Source: Actinomycetes bacterium
GTDB lineage: Bacteria > Actinomycetota > Actinomycetes > S36-B12
NCBI GenBank assembly: GCA_024641635.1
Contig: JAHECS010000003.1
Coordinates: 11,110 to 75,109 of the forward strand
Direction of reading: 5' to 3'
DNA: 64,000 nt
Shown here in pieces: positions 8,495 through 17,845 of the stretch. The position numbers were made by a program, and so were the translations under genes. The notes below the pieces were generated by a model that saw only the letters and a program-made list of their open reading frames with translations, had not been told where the DNA came from and ran no database searches. Positions within the stretch are counted from its first letter, which is position 1; every line of letters begins with the position of its first letter.

Positions 8495-10813
8495 TTAGGG
8501 CAGGGGGGTGCCGACGCCCAGGCTGATCCCGGGGTACGCCGTCCGGTCCACCGTCATCCGCAGCTTCTCCTTCACCGCACCGGCCCACCAGGCCAGTGCC
8601 ATCTGCTGCAGTGCGTACTCCTCCTTGCCGAGCCGGTAGGACTCCTCGGTCGGGCCATCGGCGTACATGTGGCCGTCCTTCCAGCGCAGCTGGAGGGCAC
8701 GCGCGTCACGGGCGTGGGCGGCCAGGAAATCGCCTGCGTTGGTGTCGGGTGCCGCGTAGGCGCTGGCGAATCCGTCGACGCCCACGAACGTGGCCGGCCT
8801 GCGCACTCCCCAGCTCACTCCCATCGGGTAGTAGATCTGGCCGCCCGGCTGGTAGACCGTGCCTCCGGGAGCGGCGTAGGGCGGCGCCGGATACTCCACC
8901 ACGGACAGCGCCCGATAGACGATGTCGGCGTTCATGAAGAGCGCCTCGGGCACCGGCTGGCCACCGGAACGCAGGAGGCTGGCCGCCCACCACAGGTGCT
9001 GCACGTTCTGGATGTAGTCGGGGTTGACGATGCCGTGGTTGGTGACCGTGCCGTCCTCGTTCGCGTTCGTGCCGGGCAGGCGGATGTCCGGTCGGACGCC
9101 GTTGAACTCCTGCGCGTTGTGCAGATCACCCGGGCGAGCGAACGCCGCGATGGACATGCCGATGAGCGAGTCGCGCCACTTCGGGGCACTGGGATGTCCG
9201 GGCATCATCGCCAGGCCGAGGGCGGGGGCCAGCAGGTCCCATGACACGGTGTCGGACTGCGTGTTCCCGGGAGTGATCTCCTGGCCCAGTCGGTTCCGGT
9301 AGTACTGAGGGCCCCGAGCCGACGCGTATTCGGCCTCACTGACGACCATGGCGGCCACGAGGGCGCGCTCGTTGTCCGTGAGCTTCGGCCACAGCATCCA
9401 CGCCGCCTGCCCCACGGTGACCGCCCACAGTGCCGACTGCCAGGTGTTCCCCCAGCCACCGGGAGTCACGGCGCCGTGCTGGCAGGCCAGCGAGCGGATG
9501 TGCCACCGCGCATAGTCCAGAAGCTCGGACCGCGTGATCCCGTTGATCTTCTTCCAGCGTGACGTCGTCAGGGCGATGGCCGCCGCGAGTGAGGAGTTGG
9601 CCGAGCGGCGCACGGATTCCTCGATCGTGCCGTGGGTGCTGAGCGGGTCGTAGAACGCCAAACTCGTGCGCGAGGCGAGCCGGTCGGTGAGGTCGTTCGT
9701 CACGACGTAGCGCAGGCCGTCCTGCACCGTGCCGAGGATCTCCTGGCTGCCGTCGACGGTCCGCCTGCCCTGCGGGGTGCGAGGCTTGCTCACCAGGGCC
9801 GCCATCGCCTTGCCGTACTTCTCGCCGTCGCGGGTGGCCGTTGGGCAGTGGCCGTCCGCCGTGCGTTGGGTGCCGACGAGGGCGACCTCGTCCACCATCA
9901 GTGGATGGACCTGCTTCCTCGTCGGACGCAGGCCGTCCAGCCCGCGGCTCAGCACCCACGTCGTGCGGTCCTGCACGACGCCCGGTTCGTCACGGCCGTC
10001 ACGATCCCAGTCCCCGACCACGGGCAGGTCGCCGAAGGAGCCGAAGCCGAACTCGAGCACCGCCGTGCCGGCTGAACGGTTGCGCGTGACGGAAATGGAC
10101 CCGTCGAGACGTGGGATCTTCCCCTGGACGTTCGTCAGGCGCAGGAACCAAACCCCCTGACGTACGACGCCGATGTCGTCCCGGTTGTCGCCGTCCCAGT
10201 CGCCCACCACGGGGATATCTCCAGGGCGGCCGAAGTTCTCCGGTGCGGACGGCTTGCCGTTAGCGCGCTGCCAGAGCCACTGGCCGTCGCGGAACACGCC
10301 GATGTCGGCCAGCTTGTCCTTGTCGTAGCGACCCACGACGGGGATGTCCCGCGGGTCCCCGCCGAAGGTTCCGTGCGGCTCCCAGGTGGGTGAGTTCGCC
10401 GCCGCGTTGGTGATGAACCACTGGCCGGCGTCGTAGCGACCGGGGGTGGCGACACCGTCGCCGTTCCAGTCGCCGAGCAGGGGGGTGCCGGCGGCCGGCG
10501 GCATCGAGACCTGCTGGCCGGCGCGCCGACCTGACCCCTCATCCCAGACCGTCCACACGCCGCGCGCCGCGGACGCAGCCGCCGGCACGCCCAGGGGGGT
10601 CACCTTGCCCGTCGGCCACGCGGAGGGAACATCGGGGAGCGCCGGCAGTGCGGGAGCCCGGGCCACGCGGGGCTGCCCATCCGGGCCGAGCAGCGGGCTC
10701 GCGGGGGCCGCCGCCTGACCAGGAACTGCGGTCAGCAGCGTCGTGGCCACGACCGCGACTGCCGTCACCATTGCCGTCAGGCCGTACCGATCGACTCCCG
10801 TCACGGGGCGCAT
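8495..10813 (-). CDS. Secreted protein with FG-GAP/VCBS-like repeats and an uncharacterised helical C-terminal domain
   Basis: Signal-like N-terminus; four repeats PLLGDWNGDG, PVVGRYDKDK, PVVGDWDGDN, PVVGDWDRDG; Trp/Tyr-rich C-terminal domain of about 400 aa. Confidence 0.7.
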   Translation of the reverse strand: MRPVTGVDRYGLTAMVTAVAVVATTLLTAVPGQAAAPASPLLGPDGQPRVARAPALPALPDVPSAWPTGKVTPLGVPAAASAARGVWTVWDEGSGRRAGQQVSMPPAAGTPLLGDWNGDGVATPGRYDAGQWFITNAAANSPTWEPHGTFGGDPRDIPVVGRYDKDKLADIGVFRDGQWLWQRANGKPSAPENFGRPGDIPVVGDWDGDNRDDIGVVRQGVWFLRLTNVQGKIPRLDGSISVTRNRSAGTAVLEFGFGSFGDLPVVGDWDRDGRDEPGVVQDRTTWVLSRGLDGLRPTRKQVHPLMVDEVALVGTQRTADGHCPTATRDGEKYGKAMAALVSKPRTPQGRRTVDGSQEILGTVQDGLRYVVTNDLTDRLASRTSLAFYDPLSTHGTIEESVRRSANSSLAAAIALTTSRWKKINGITRSELLDYARWHIRSLACQHGAVTPGGWGNTWQSALWAVTVGQAAWMLWPKLTDNERALVAAMVVSEAEYASARGPQYYRNRLGQEITPGNTQSDTVSWDLLAPALGLAMMPGHPSAPKWRDSLIGMSIAAFARPGDLHNAQEFNGVRPDIRLPGTNANEDGTVTNHGIVNPDYIQNVQHLWWAASLLRSGGQPVPEALFMNADIVYRALSVVEYPAPPYAAPGGTVYQPGGQIYYPMGVSWGVRRPATFVGVDGFASAYAAPDTNAGDFLAAHARDARALQLRWKDGHMYADGPTEESYRLGKEEYALQQMALAWWAGAVKEKLRMTVDRTAYPGISLGVGTPLP

Positions 10814-12762
10814 TCAGGGCACAGGTCGTTGGGCGGCATCGGGACTTGGACGGGGAGGACGCGGTCATCGTTCCGGCTGACCGCATAGGCCTCGAGGAGC
10901 TCGCCGGACGTGGGCCTGAACCACAATGCCGCCAGCGTCATGTCCGGGTTCACCTGGAGGGAGACATCGACGTAGCCGAGGGCCTTCGAGTCGTAGGGGA
11001 AGGCGGGCAGGCCCCGGTAGAACCGCTGCTCCGTCTTCGACAGCACCCCATGAAGGGACATCACCCAGAGGTTCGGCAGCGTCCCCGCGCCGTCCCACAG
11101 GAGCGTGGCGCGGTCCGGGTACGGCTGCGCGGCCTGCTGCCCGCGGATGATGGCCTCGCCGACCAGCGAGTCCTCGATCCCGCGGGTCCGATCGGCTCCG
11201 GCCTGTACTCCGGGTGCGGCGTTCACACCCGGTGACAACGACGTCAGCACGCCGACGTAGCCGAAGAGCCCCACCACGATCACGCCGGCCGTGGCGACAG
11301 CCAGGGTCGCCGTCGCCCGAGACATGCCGTCGAGCGCCCGCGTCACGACGATGGCCACCAGGGCCGCGACCACCGGCGCCACCGCCAGCAGCATGGCGTC
11401 GAGGGGCTTGAGGACGTAGTACGCCTGGAGTCGGCTCAACCCTGCGGTGTCGACGCCGCTCACGAAGACGAGTGCGACGATGCCCGGTCCGGCGATCGGT
11501 CCCGCAATGGCCACGGCCAGCGGCCACCGGCCGGAGCGGACCAGGATGACGGCGAGGAGCGCCGCGATCAGCGGGGCCGCCAGCGCCATCCCGACGTTGA
11601 ACGGCACCATGCCGGTCCCGACCGCACCGAGATCCGAGGTGAGGTCTCCGCTGGTCTGGCCCGGCTCGACGCCGAGGATCGCGGACGTCTGCGTCACCGC
11701 GAGGATTGATCCGGCGACCGCCGCCGCGACGAGCCAGGTCGCCCCGACCCACCAGCGGTGCTTCACCAGGGCGATCGCCACGACGACCCCGGACGGGACG
11801 AGTCCGAGCACGAGCGGCGTCCACAGGCCGATGACGGCGATCGCCGCCAGCGGGACGAGGAACCAGCCCAGGACCCGGGCGGACCGCAGGCTTCGGGCCC
11901 CTAGGTAGGCGGCGACCACCACGACGGTGACGCCCATCATGAAGTTCGTGAAGCCCGCGTTGTAGAGGTAGGCGGGACTGCCCAGCAGCGCGAAGAGGGC
12001 GAAGGCCGCCACGGCGAGGGGACGCGTCCAGCGCTCACGCCCACGGCCGCCGATCCGGGCGGCCACGTCCCCGGCGACCCATGCGAGCGCCACAAGGCAG
12101 GCTGCGAACGACAGGGCGTTCCACTGGACATAGGGCCACAGAAGTCCTGGCCGGTCGAGCAAGGGGGACACCGGGCGGAACGCAAGCTCGAGCAGGGACC
12201 ACAGTGTCGTGTGGAGGGACGGGTACCACTGGTTCCAGGCGATGGAGCCGTCGATGGTCGGCCACGTCGTGCTCGCGGCCTCGTACGTGTTGGCGAACGT
12301 CGTGTAGTGCGCGTGGTTGTCCCAACCGCTGAAGAACAGGCCGCTGACGATCTCCGTCGTCGACCGCCCGACGTAGGCGGCCATGAGCCACGCGGCGCTG
12401 GCCACGCCCAGGGCGGCCACGATCGCGTCGCTGAGGGTCGCTCGGGGGATCCGCACATCGCGCAGACGGGGCACCAGTCGCAACGCCAGGAGGCCGATGA
12501 GCAGCACGCTCAGGGCGACGCGCGAGCTCGCGACGGTCACCGGCATGCTCCCGGCGCGGGGGAAGGCCAGCGCCACCAAGCCGAGCACGACGAGGCCTGA
12601 CACAACGGCCCGCTCGGTCAGGCTGGATCCCCACGGCGGCAGCAGCACGAGCATCACGCCGACGGCAACGAGGCCGACCGGAGGGACGAGCCACAGGGCG
12701 AGGATCGTCGCCGCCGTGGCCACGCCGAGTGCTCCGACATAGCGGGCGGTCGTCCCGCTCAT
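10801..12762 (-). CDS. Polytopic membrane protein, probable GT-C-type glycosyltransferase
   Basis: GWDNHAHY loop motif and WYPSLH after N-terminal TM helices, many TM segments; ATGA overlap with DUF4012 stop. Confidence 0.6.
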   Translation of the reverse strand: MSGTTARYVGALGVATAATILALWLVPPVGLVAVGVMLVLLPPWGSSLTERAVVSGLVVLGLVALAFPRAGSMPVTVASSRVALSVLLIGLLALRLVPRLRDVRIPRATLSDAIVAALGVASAAWLMAAYVGRSTTEIVSGLFFSGWDNHAHYTTFANTYEAASTTWPTIDGSIAWNQWYPSLHTTLWSLLELAFRPVSPLLDRPGLLWPYVQWNALSFAACLVALAWVAGDVAARIGGRGRERWTRPLAVAAFALFALLGSPAYLYNAGFTNFMMGVTVVVVAAYLGARSLRSARVLGWFLVPLAAIAVIGLWTPLVLGLVPSGVVVAIALVKHRWWVGATWLVAAAVAGSILAVTQTSAILGVEPGQTSGDLTSDLGAVGTGMVPFNVGMALAAPLIAALLAVILVRSGRWPLAVAIAGPIAGPGIVALVFVSGVDTAGLSRLQAYYVLKPLDAMLLAVAPVVAALVAIVVTRALDGMSRATATLAVATAGVIVVGLFGYVGVLTSLSPGVNAAPGVQAGADRTRGIEDSLVGEAIIRGQQAAQPYPDRATLLWDGAGTLPNLWVMSLHGVLSKTEQRFYRGLPAFPYDSKALGYVDVSLQVNPDMTLAALWFRPTSGELLEAYAVSRNDDRVLPVQVPMPPNDLCPECAP

Positions 12763-14690
12763 CGCCGGAACCCGATGGTCACGCCGACGGGGGCGTTCTG
12801 CACAGCGCTCACCGTCGCGGTCGAGCCGTTCACCTGCTGGCCGTCCTGCGGAAGCGGAGTCCAGCCGGGCGGCCCGGATACCTGAACCGTCAGCGTCGAC
12901 GGGGACCACAGGGACTGCGGCTCGGCCTGCAGGAGGTAGGTGAGCCTGCCGGTGGCACCGTCTCCGAACGTGCCGGCCGGCAGGTCATAGGTGACGGAGA
13001 CGGCGTTCTGACCGCCCGGAGCGGTCCAGCCCACGATCCGGATCATCCGATGCCCGAAGCCGTCATCGACCCATCCTCGCCCGAGCTGGGGATGGTTCTT
13101 GAACGGCCGAACGGCGTAGCCCGTGGGATACGACGCTCGGTAGTTCCTGGCGGCGTCCGGCACGTACATGATGTACGCGGCCTTCAGCCAGGAGGTCTCG
13201 TAGCCGACACGCTCGGGCGGGCCCTCGGGACGGTCGGGCGGAGTCCCGTTGGTGACCGTCATCTGCTGGGACACCCGTGCTGATCCGTCCTCGGCCACCT
13301 GGGCGGTGACGAGCACGTTCCGCTGCTGGAAGACGTCGACCTTGCTCTGGTTGCCGTTCTGCGTGTACATCGCCGACCAGTCACCGACGTCGGGGTCCGA
13401 CACCACACCGGCCGCGCCCGCCTCCAGCGACAGGCGCTCGAGCTCGGGACTGCGCATCCACACCTGGAAGTGCCGCCCCGGGGCGGTGCTCGCGATGGCC
13501 CGGGCGGCCGAGACCAGGTCGTCCCCCGACAGCAGTCGGGTCAGCAGTCCGTCGAGCAGCTCCTGGTTGGCCTGCTGCCGTTCCGTCGCGCCCTCCTGGC
13601 CGAACTCCTGGTAGGCATCGATGAGCAGGATCTGCCCGAGCCGGGCTCCGTCGACAGTGCCGTACGCCGGTGATTCCACCGGGCCGGTCGAGTCCAGCAC
13701 CGAGGCGACGGCGGTCAGGTCCATCGTGATGACGCCGTCCACCGGCGGGTAGTTGCCGCCCACCCAGGCCTCAGCCATCTCCCGGGCGGAGAACAGGAGG
13801 TTCGGGTGCGTGTTGGTGACCACGAACGGCGCCGTGCGCGGATTGCCGGGGAAGAACGGGTTGGCTGCCGGGCCCCACCACGTGACCGGTGCGTTGAGCG
13901 GCGGGAAGAGCTGGGTGCTGGTCGGCCCCTTGATCGGTATGGAGATCCGACCCTCGTTGAACTCGACGAGCACGAGGGTCAGCGGGGCTCCCCCGGAAGC
14001 CCGCATCTCAGCCTGGTTGCCGATCGCGATGAGGTAGCGGCGCACGCCATTGGCCCCGAGGGCATCGGGCAGGACCGGAGCTATCCCCTCGAGGGACGCC
14101 ACCGCCTGCTGCACCGTCTCCATCTCCTCGAGGGCCTTGTCCCGGATGCGGTCGAGCGGACGCGACGGCGCCGTCTCGGCGCGGATGGCCACCAGGGCCG
14201 ACTCGGCCGCGTCCAGCTGACCGCTGGCCATGGACACCCGGCTGGGCAGGTCCTCGAGCCGGGCCAGGTCGATGGCCCCGTCGCTGAAGATCTTCGGACC
14301 GCCGCCCTGGCCGGACAGGTCGCCGTACAGCGAGAGGAGGCTCCCGGTCGCGTCCGTGATGTCCCCCGCCGCCGAGACCACCTCGCGCCAGTTCGCGATG
14401 GCGACATCGACCCCCGCCACGTGCTCGAGCAGATCGAGGGGCATGACGTCGACCGAGCGGACCAGTTGCTGCGTTGAGGCCTGCGCGGCCTCGTACTCCT
14501 CCTGCGCCGCCGCGTACTCGCCTGCCTGCAGTCCGTCGGCCGCCGCGGTGAGGTGGCTCTGCAGTCCGAAGCCGCCGTAGCCCAGACTCGCCACCGCGTA
14601 GAGCAGGCCGATCTGCATCCAGACGACGAAACCGCCCACCACGAGGATGAGAAGGCCGCCCAGCACGAGGCGTGGGCGGCTCACAGTCAC
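12759..14690 (-). CDS. DUF4012 domain-containing membrane-anchored protein
   Basis: N-terminal TM, long helical region, then LGANGVRRYLIAIGNQAEMRASGG, VDGVITMD, NQSKVD; TATACT -10 box 6 nt before GTG. Confidence 0.8.
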   Translation of the reverse strand: MTVSRPRLVLGGLLILVVGGFVVWMQIGLLYAVASLGYGGFGLQSHLTAAADGLQAGEYAAAQEEYEAAQASTQQLVRSVDVMPLDLLEHVAGVDVAIANWREVVSAAGDITDATGSLLSLYGDLSGQGGGPKIFSDGAIDLARLEDLPSRVSMASGQLDAAESALVAIRAETAPSRPLDRIRDKALEEMETVQQAVASLEGIAPVLPDALGANGVRRYLIAIGNQAEMRASGGAPLTLVLVEFNEGRISIPIKGPTSTQLFPPLNAPVTWWGPAANPFFPGNPRTAPFVVTNTHPNLLFSAREMAEAWVGGNYPPVDGVITMDLTAVASVLDSTGPVESPAYGTVDGARLGQILLIDAYQEFGQEGATERQQANQELLDGLLTRLLSGDDLVSAARAIASTAPGRHFQVWMRSPELERLSLEAGAAGVVSDPDVGDWSAMYTQNGNQSKVDVFQQRNVLVTAQVAEDGSARVSQQMTVTNGTPPDRPEGPPERVGYETSWLKAAYIMYVPDAARNYRASYPTGYAVRPFKNHPQLGRGWVDDGFGHRMIRIVGWTAPGGQNAVSVTYDLPAGTFGDGATGRLTYLLQAEPQSLWSPSTLTVQVSGPPGWTPLPQDGQQVNGSTATVSAVQNAPVGVTIGFRR

Positions 14691-14729
14691 CTAGCGAGTA
14701 TAGGTTCGGCGCCCTCCCCTACCTCGTAC

Positions 14730-14773
14730 CGCCGAGTGGTCACTGCGCGCATGCGCGCAGTGACCACTCGGCG
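14730..14773. repeat. Perfect 44-bp palindrome (REP-like, copy 1)
   Basis: CGCCGAGTGGTCACTGCGCGCA|TGCGCGCAGTGACCACTCGGCG. Confidence 0.9.
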
Positions 14774-14791
14774 AGGAGGGGGAGGGTACGG

Positions 14792-16312
14792 CTAGTAGGC
14801 GCCGTCGCCCATGAGGACGGCCTTGACGGTCTTGGCCACGATCACCAGGTCCAGCGCAGGAGACCAGTTCTCCACATAGTCCAGGTCCAGGCGCATGCGC
14901 TCGTCCCAGTCGACGTCCTTGCGCCCGGACACCTGCCACAGTCCGGTGAGTCCCGGCTTGGTGAGGTGCCTGCGATGGTCGGCGTCGCCCAGCAGGGGCA
15001 TCTCCTCGACCAGGACGGGTCGGGGGCCGACGAGGGACATGCTGCCGGAGATGACCGCCACGACCTGCGGCATCTCGTCGATCGACCACCTGCGGAGGAC
15101 CCGGCCGACGGGGGTGATCCGGGGGTCCCCCTTGTAACGATCGAGGATGGCGGCGTCCGGGGCACCGATGACCTGCTCGCGCGCGGCGTCCGCTCCGACG
15201 TACATCGTCCGGATCTTGGCGACCCTGATGATCTGGCCACCGCGACCCACGCGCTGCTGGAAGTACAGGACCGGGCCTCTGCTGGTGAGCTTGACGGCGG
15301 CCGCGGCCACCAGCATGAACGGCAGGAACACCAGGAACAGGAGCGACCCGATGACGATGTCGAGGGTTCGCTTGATCGCCCGCTTGGGTCCGGTGAGGTG
15401 CGGCTCGTCGAGGTGGAGCAGCGGGAGGTCGGCGGCCATCCGCATGGTCACCCGCGGGCCGGCGATGTCGCCTACCGTCGGCGCGACGAGCAGGTCGATA
15501 CGAGGGCCCTCGAGTCGCCAGGCAAGTCGCTGGACGACGGAATGCCCCAACGCTTGCGATCCGGCGACGGCAACGGTGTCGGCGTCCTCGAGCGTGATGC
15601 GCGTCATGACCTCGTCGAGCCAGTGATCGAGCCCCTCCTCGGACACATCGGCTGGGGGTTCGTCGATCACATCGACGACGGTGAACCCGGCAACCGGATC
15701 GCGGTCGAGCATGTCGACGATCTCGGACATCGACGGGCCGCCGCCGATCACGGCCGTCCGGTGGAGGAAGTGGCCGTAGCGACGCTCGTGCCTGAGCCAC
15801 GCTCTCAGCGCCCATCGCACGACGAGGAGGAGGACGAAGCCGACGGCGAAGGTGATGAGCACGAAGCCGCGCGACAGGTCCAGCTTCAGCCCGAAGGCCA
15901 TGATCGCGATGGCGCCGAAGACCACGGCCGTCGCACCGACGACTCGCTTGAACTCCTCGGAGCCGACGCCGAGGATCCGGGTGTCATAGGCGCCACGGAG
16001 GACCAGCACGACCATCCACGCCACGACGATGATGACGACGAAGGAGAGGTACGCGGGATCGTTGATCTCCACGGAGTAGGGGATCGACCAGCGGAGGATG
16101 AATCCGGTCACGCCAGCCACGACGATGACGAGCAGGTCCAGCATGAACGCCCGGGTCGCGTACACCCGAAGAGGGTCGCGTCGCAGGTGCGGGCGGTCGC
16201 GATGCGAATGGATCTCCGCCCAGCCGATGCGGGACGGCATGCGCAGGGGGATGGTGTGATGCTCGCCCTGGTGCGCGGCGTCAGCGGAGGGTTTGCCCTC
16301 GTCCAGCGACAC
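14792..16312 (-). CDS. Priming polyprenyl glycosylphosphotransferase (WcaJ/CpsE-like sugar transferase)
   Basis: Four N-terminal TMs, KRTLDI, KIRTM, DPRITPVGRVLRRWSIDEMPQ, GSMSLVGPRP, KPGLTGLWQVSGR, DLDYVENWS. Confidence 0.93.
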   Translation of the reverse strand: MSLDEGKPSADAAHQGEHHTIPLRMPSRIGWAEIHSHRDRPHLRRDPLRVYATRAFMLDLLVIVVAGVTGFILRWSIPYSVEINDPAYLSFVVIIVVAWMVVLVLRGAYDTRILGVGSEEFKRVVGATAVVFGAIAIMAFGLKLDLSRGFVLITFAVGFVLLLVVRWALRAWLRHERRYGHFLHRTAVIGGGPSMSEIVDMLDRDPVAGFTVVDVIDEPPADVSEEGLDHWLDEVMTRITLEDADTVAVAGSQALGHSVVQRLAWRLEGPRIDLLVAPTVGDIAGPRVTMRMAADLPLLHLDEPHLTGPKRAIKRTLDIVIGSLLFLVFLPFMLVAAAAVKLTSRGPVLYFQQRVGRGGQIIRVAKIRTMYVGADAAREQVIGAPDAAILDRYKGDPRITPVGRVLRRWSIDEMPQVVAVISGSMSLVGPRPVLVEEMPLLGDADHRRHLTKPGLTGLWQVSGRKDVDWDERMRLDLDYVENWSPALDLVIVAKTVKAVLMGDGAY

Positions 16313-16414
16313 GCGTCACCTCCCGGTGCTCGACCAGCCCACCCACGGTAGCAGCGCCCTCGCCAGGCACCGTGCTCGTGAGGGCCGCTTTGTCCGGATC
16401 TTTACCCCGGTTCC

Positions 16415-16476
16415 GCGAGTGGTCACTGCGCGCACGGGGGCGCGCAGCGCCACCGATGCGCGCAGTGACCACTCGC
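16415..16476. repeat. Inverted repeat, same family as 14730-14773 (copy 2)
   Basis: GCGAGTGGTCACTGCGCGCA-N22-TGCGCGCAGTGACCACTCGC. Confidence 0.9.
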
Positions 16477-16483
16477 CGGGGGG

Positions 16484-17845
16484 CTACTGGAAGTAGAAGC
16501 GGACGGGGACGTCCGTGAGGGTGACCGGCGCCCCGGACTCGACCTCCTGGCAGTTCGCCAGGGGGTCGCAGACCAGGCGGGCCCCTTCAGGCACCGTGTA
16601 GGCGGTCTCGCCCTTCTCGGACCAGGCCACGATCCAGGGCGTGCCTGCCTTGGAGAAGTTGCACGCGACCGCGCCCGAGTCCTCGGCGGTGCAGCCGTCG
16701 AACGACGCCCCCACCACCCAGTTGTCGAGGGCGAAGAACCCCTGCTCGGCATCCGAGCCGGGGAAGGCCTGGATCCCTCGGACGACGCCGGTGTTGCCGC
16801 CCTCCTTCTGTGTCCAGATGTACCAGTAGGACCGGTCGACCCCGTAGCGCAGATCGTCGATGTAGGTGCGGACGATGAAGCCGGCGGCCTTCGCCCCCGT
16901 GATCTCCTGGCCCGCGATGTCGCCGGGGCCGGCGAGGCCGTAGTTGAGCTCGGTGTCCCACAGCGGCAGGTCGGGGGCGCCAGCGGCGGTGAGGTAGTCC
17001 TGAACCTTGGTGATCGCCACGCCCCGGGCGATCGGGTCGCCGTCACCGGCCGGGTACGTGTGCACCGCGACGACGTCCACCGGCCAGTCCTTCGCGGCCA
17101 GCGCCGTGAGGTAGGCCGGGAAGAACTTGTCGAATGCCGCCGTGAGTCGGGTTGTCGGCGAGGCCGACACCACGAGCGCGTCGGGATCGATCGCCTTGAT
17201 GATGTCGTAGGCGCGCTTGGTCAGCTCGGCCATCTCCTCCGGCGTCCCGTTCCAGAAGTTCTTCAGGTTCGCCTCGTTCCAGATCTGGTACGCCGCGATC
17301 CGTCCCTTGTAGCGGGTGGCCACCTCGGTCACCCAGGAGTCCCAGGCGTCGAGATCCTTGGGCGCGCTCGCGGCACCCGGCTGGGGGTAGTCGGTGTCGG
17401 TGACCTTCTTGGCGTTCCACTCCGGCGTGGTGCCCAGCACCATGAGCACGTCCGACATGCCCTTCGACTGGGCGTTCTCGAGGGCACCCTCGAGGTTGTC
17501 CCACTTGTAGACGCCCGGCTCGAGCTCGATCTGCGACCACGCCGTGCCGTTGTCCCACAGCCGCAGGGCCCCGAACGGCGCGGATGCCCAGTTGCCGGCC
17601 TCCTCGCCCTCGATGTGCATGCCCACGAGGGAGGCGGGCACTCCGCCGGCCTCCGGCGCCGACGACCCCGAGGGGGCGGCCGAGGCGCTCGGCGTCGAAT
17701 CGGAGCTGCCCGACGAGCATCCTGCCGCGAGCAGGGTGACCGCCGCCGCGACAGCCGTGAAGGCTACGAGGCCGGAGGCGCGGCGGGATCCACCGGCGCG
17801 GCGGGATCGACCGGCGGGGCCGGCACTGCGGGCGTTCCGAACCAT
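16484..17845 (-). CDS. Clan GH-A glycoside hydrolase (GH39/GH5-like), lipoprotein
   Basis: Lipobox LAAGC plus Ser/Ala linker; LRLWD, YQIWNEAN (acid/base), VHTY, LWDTE (nucleophile), YWYIW. Confidence 0.8.
   Translation of the reverse strand: MVRNARSAGPAGRSRRAGGSRRASGLVAFTAVAAAVTLLAAGCSSGSSDSTPSASAAPSGSSAPEAGGVPASLVGMHIEGEEAGNWASAPFGALRLWDNGTAWSQIELEPGVYKWDNLEGALENAQSKGMSDVLMVLGTTPEWNAKKVTDTDYPQPGAASAPKDLDAWDSWVTEVATRYKGRIAAYQIWNEANLKNFWNGTPEEMAELTKRAYDIIKAIDPDALVVSASPTTRLTAAFDKFFPAYLTALAAKDWPVDVVAVHTYPAGDGDPIARGVAITKVQDYLTAAGAPDLPLWDTELNYGLAGPGDIAGQEITGAKAAGFIVRTYIDDLRYGVDRSYWYIWTQKEGGNTGVVRGIQAFPGSDAEQGFFALDNWVVGASFDGCTAEDSGAVACNFSKAGTPWIVAWSEKGETAYTVPEGARLVCDPLANCQEVESGAPVTLTDVPVRFYFQ

Noticed and set aside
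14672-16351. 559-aa plus-strand ORF, and similar long ORFs such as 24051-26003, 54760-56541 and 60174-61775
   Set aside because: Antisense or alternate-frame shadows of well-supported genes, with Arg/Gly/Pro-rich composition.
14730-16476. Possible CRISPR repeats or IS ends
   Set aside because: Only two copies 1.7 kb apart, no spacer periodicity, no cas or transposase gene, and no target-site duplication seen.
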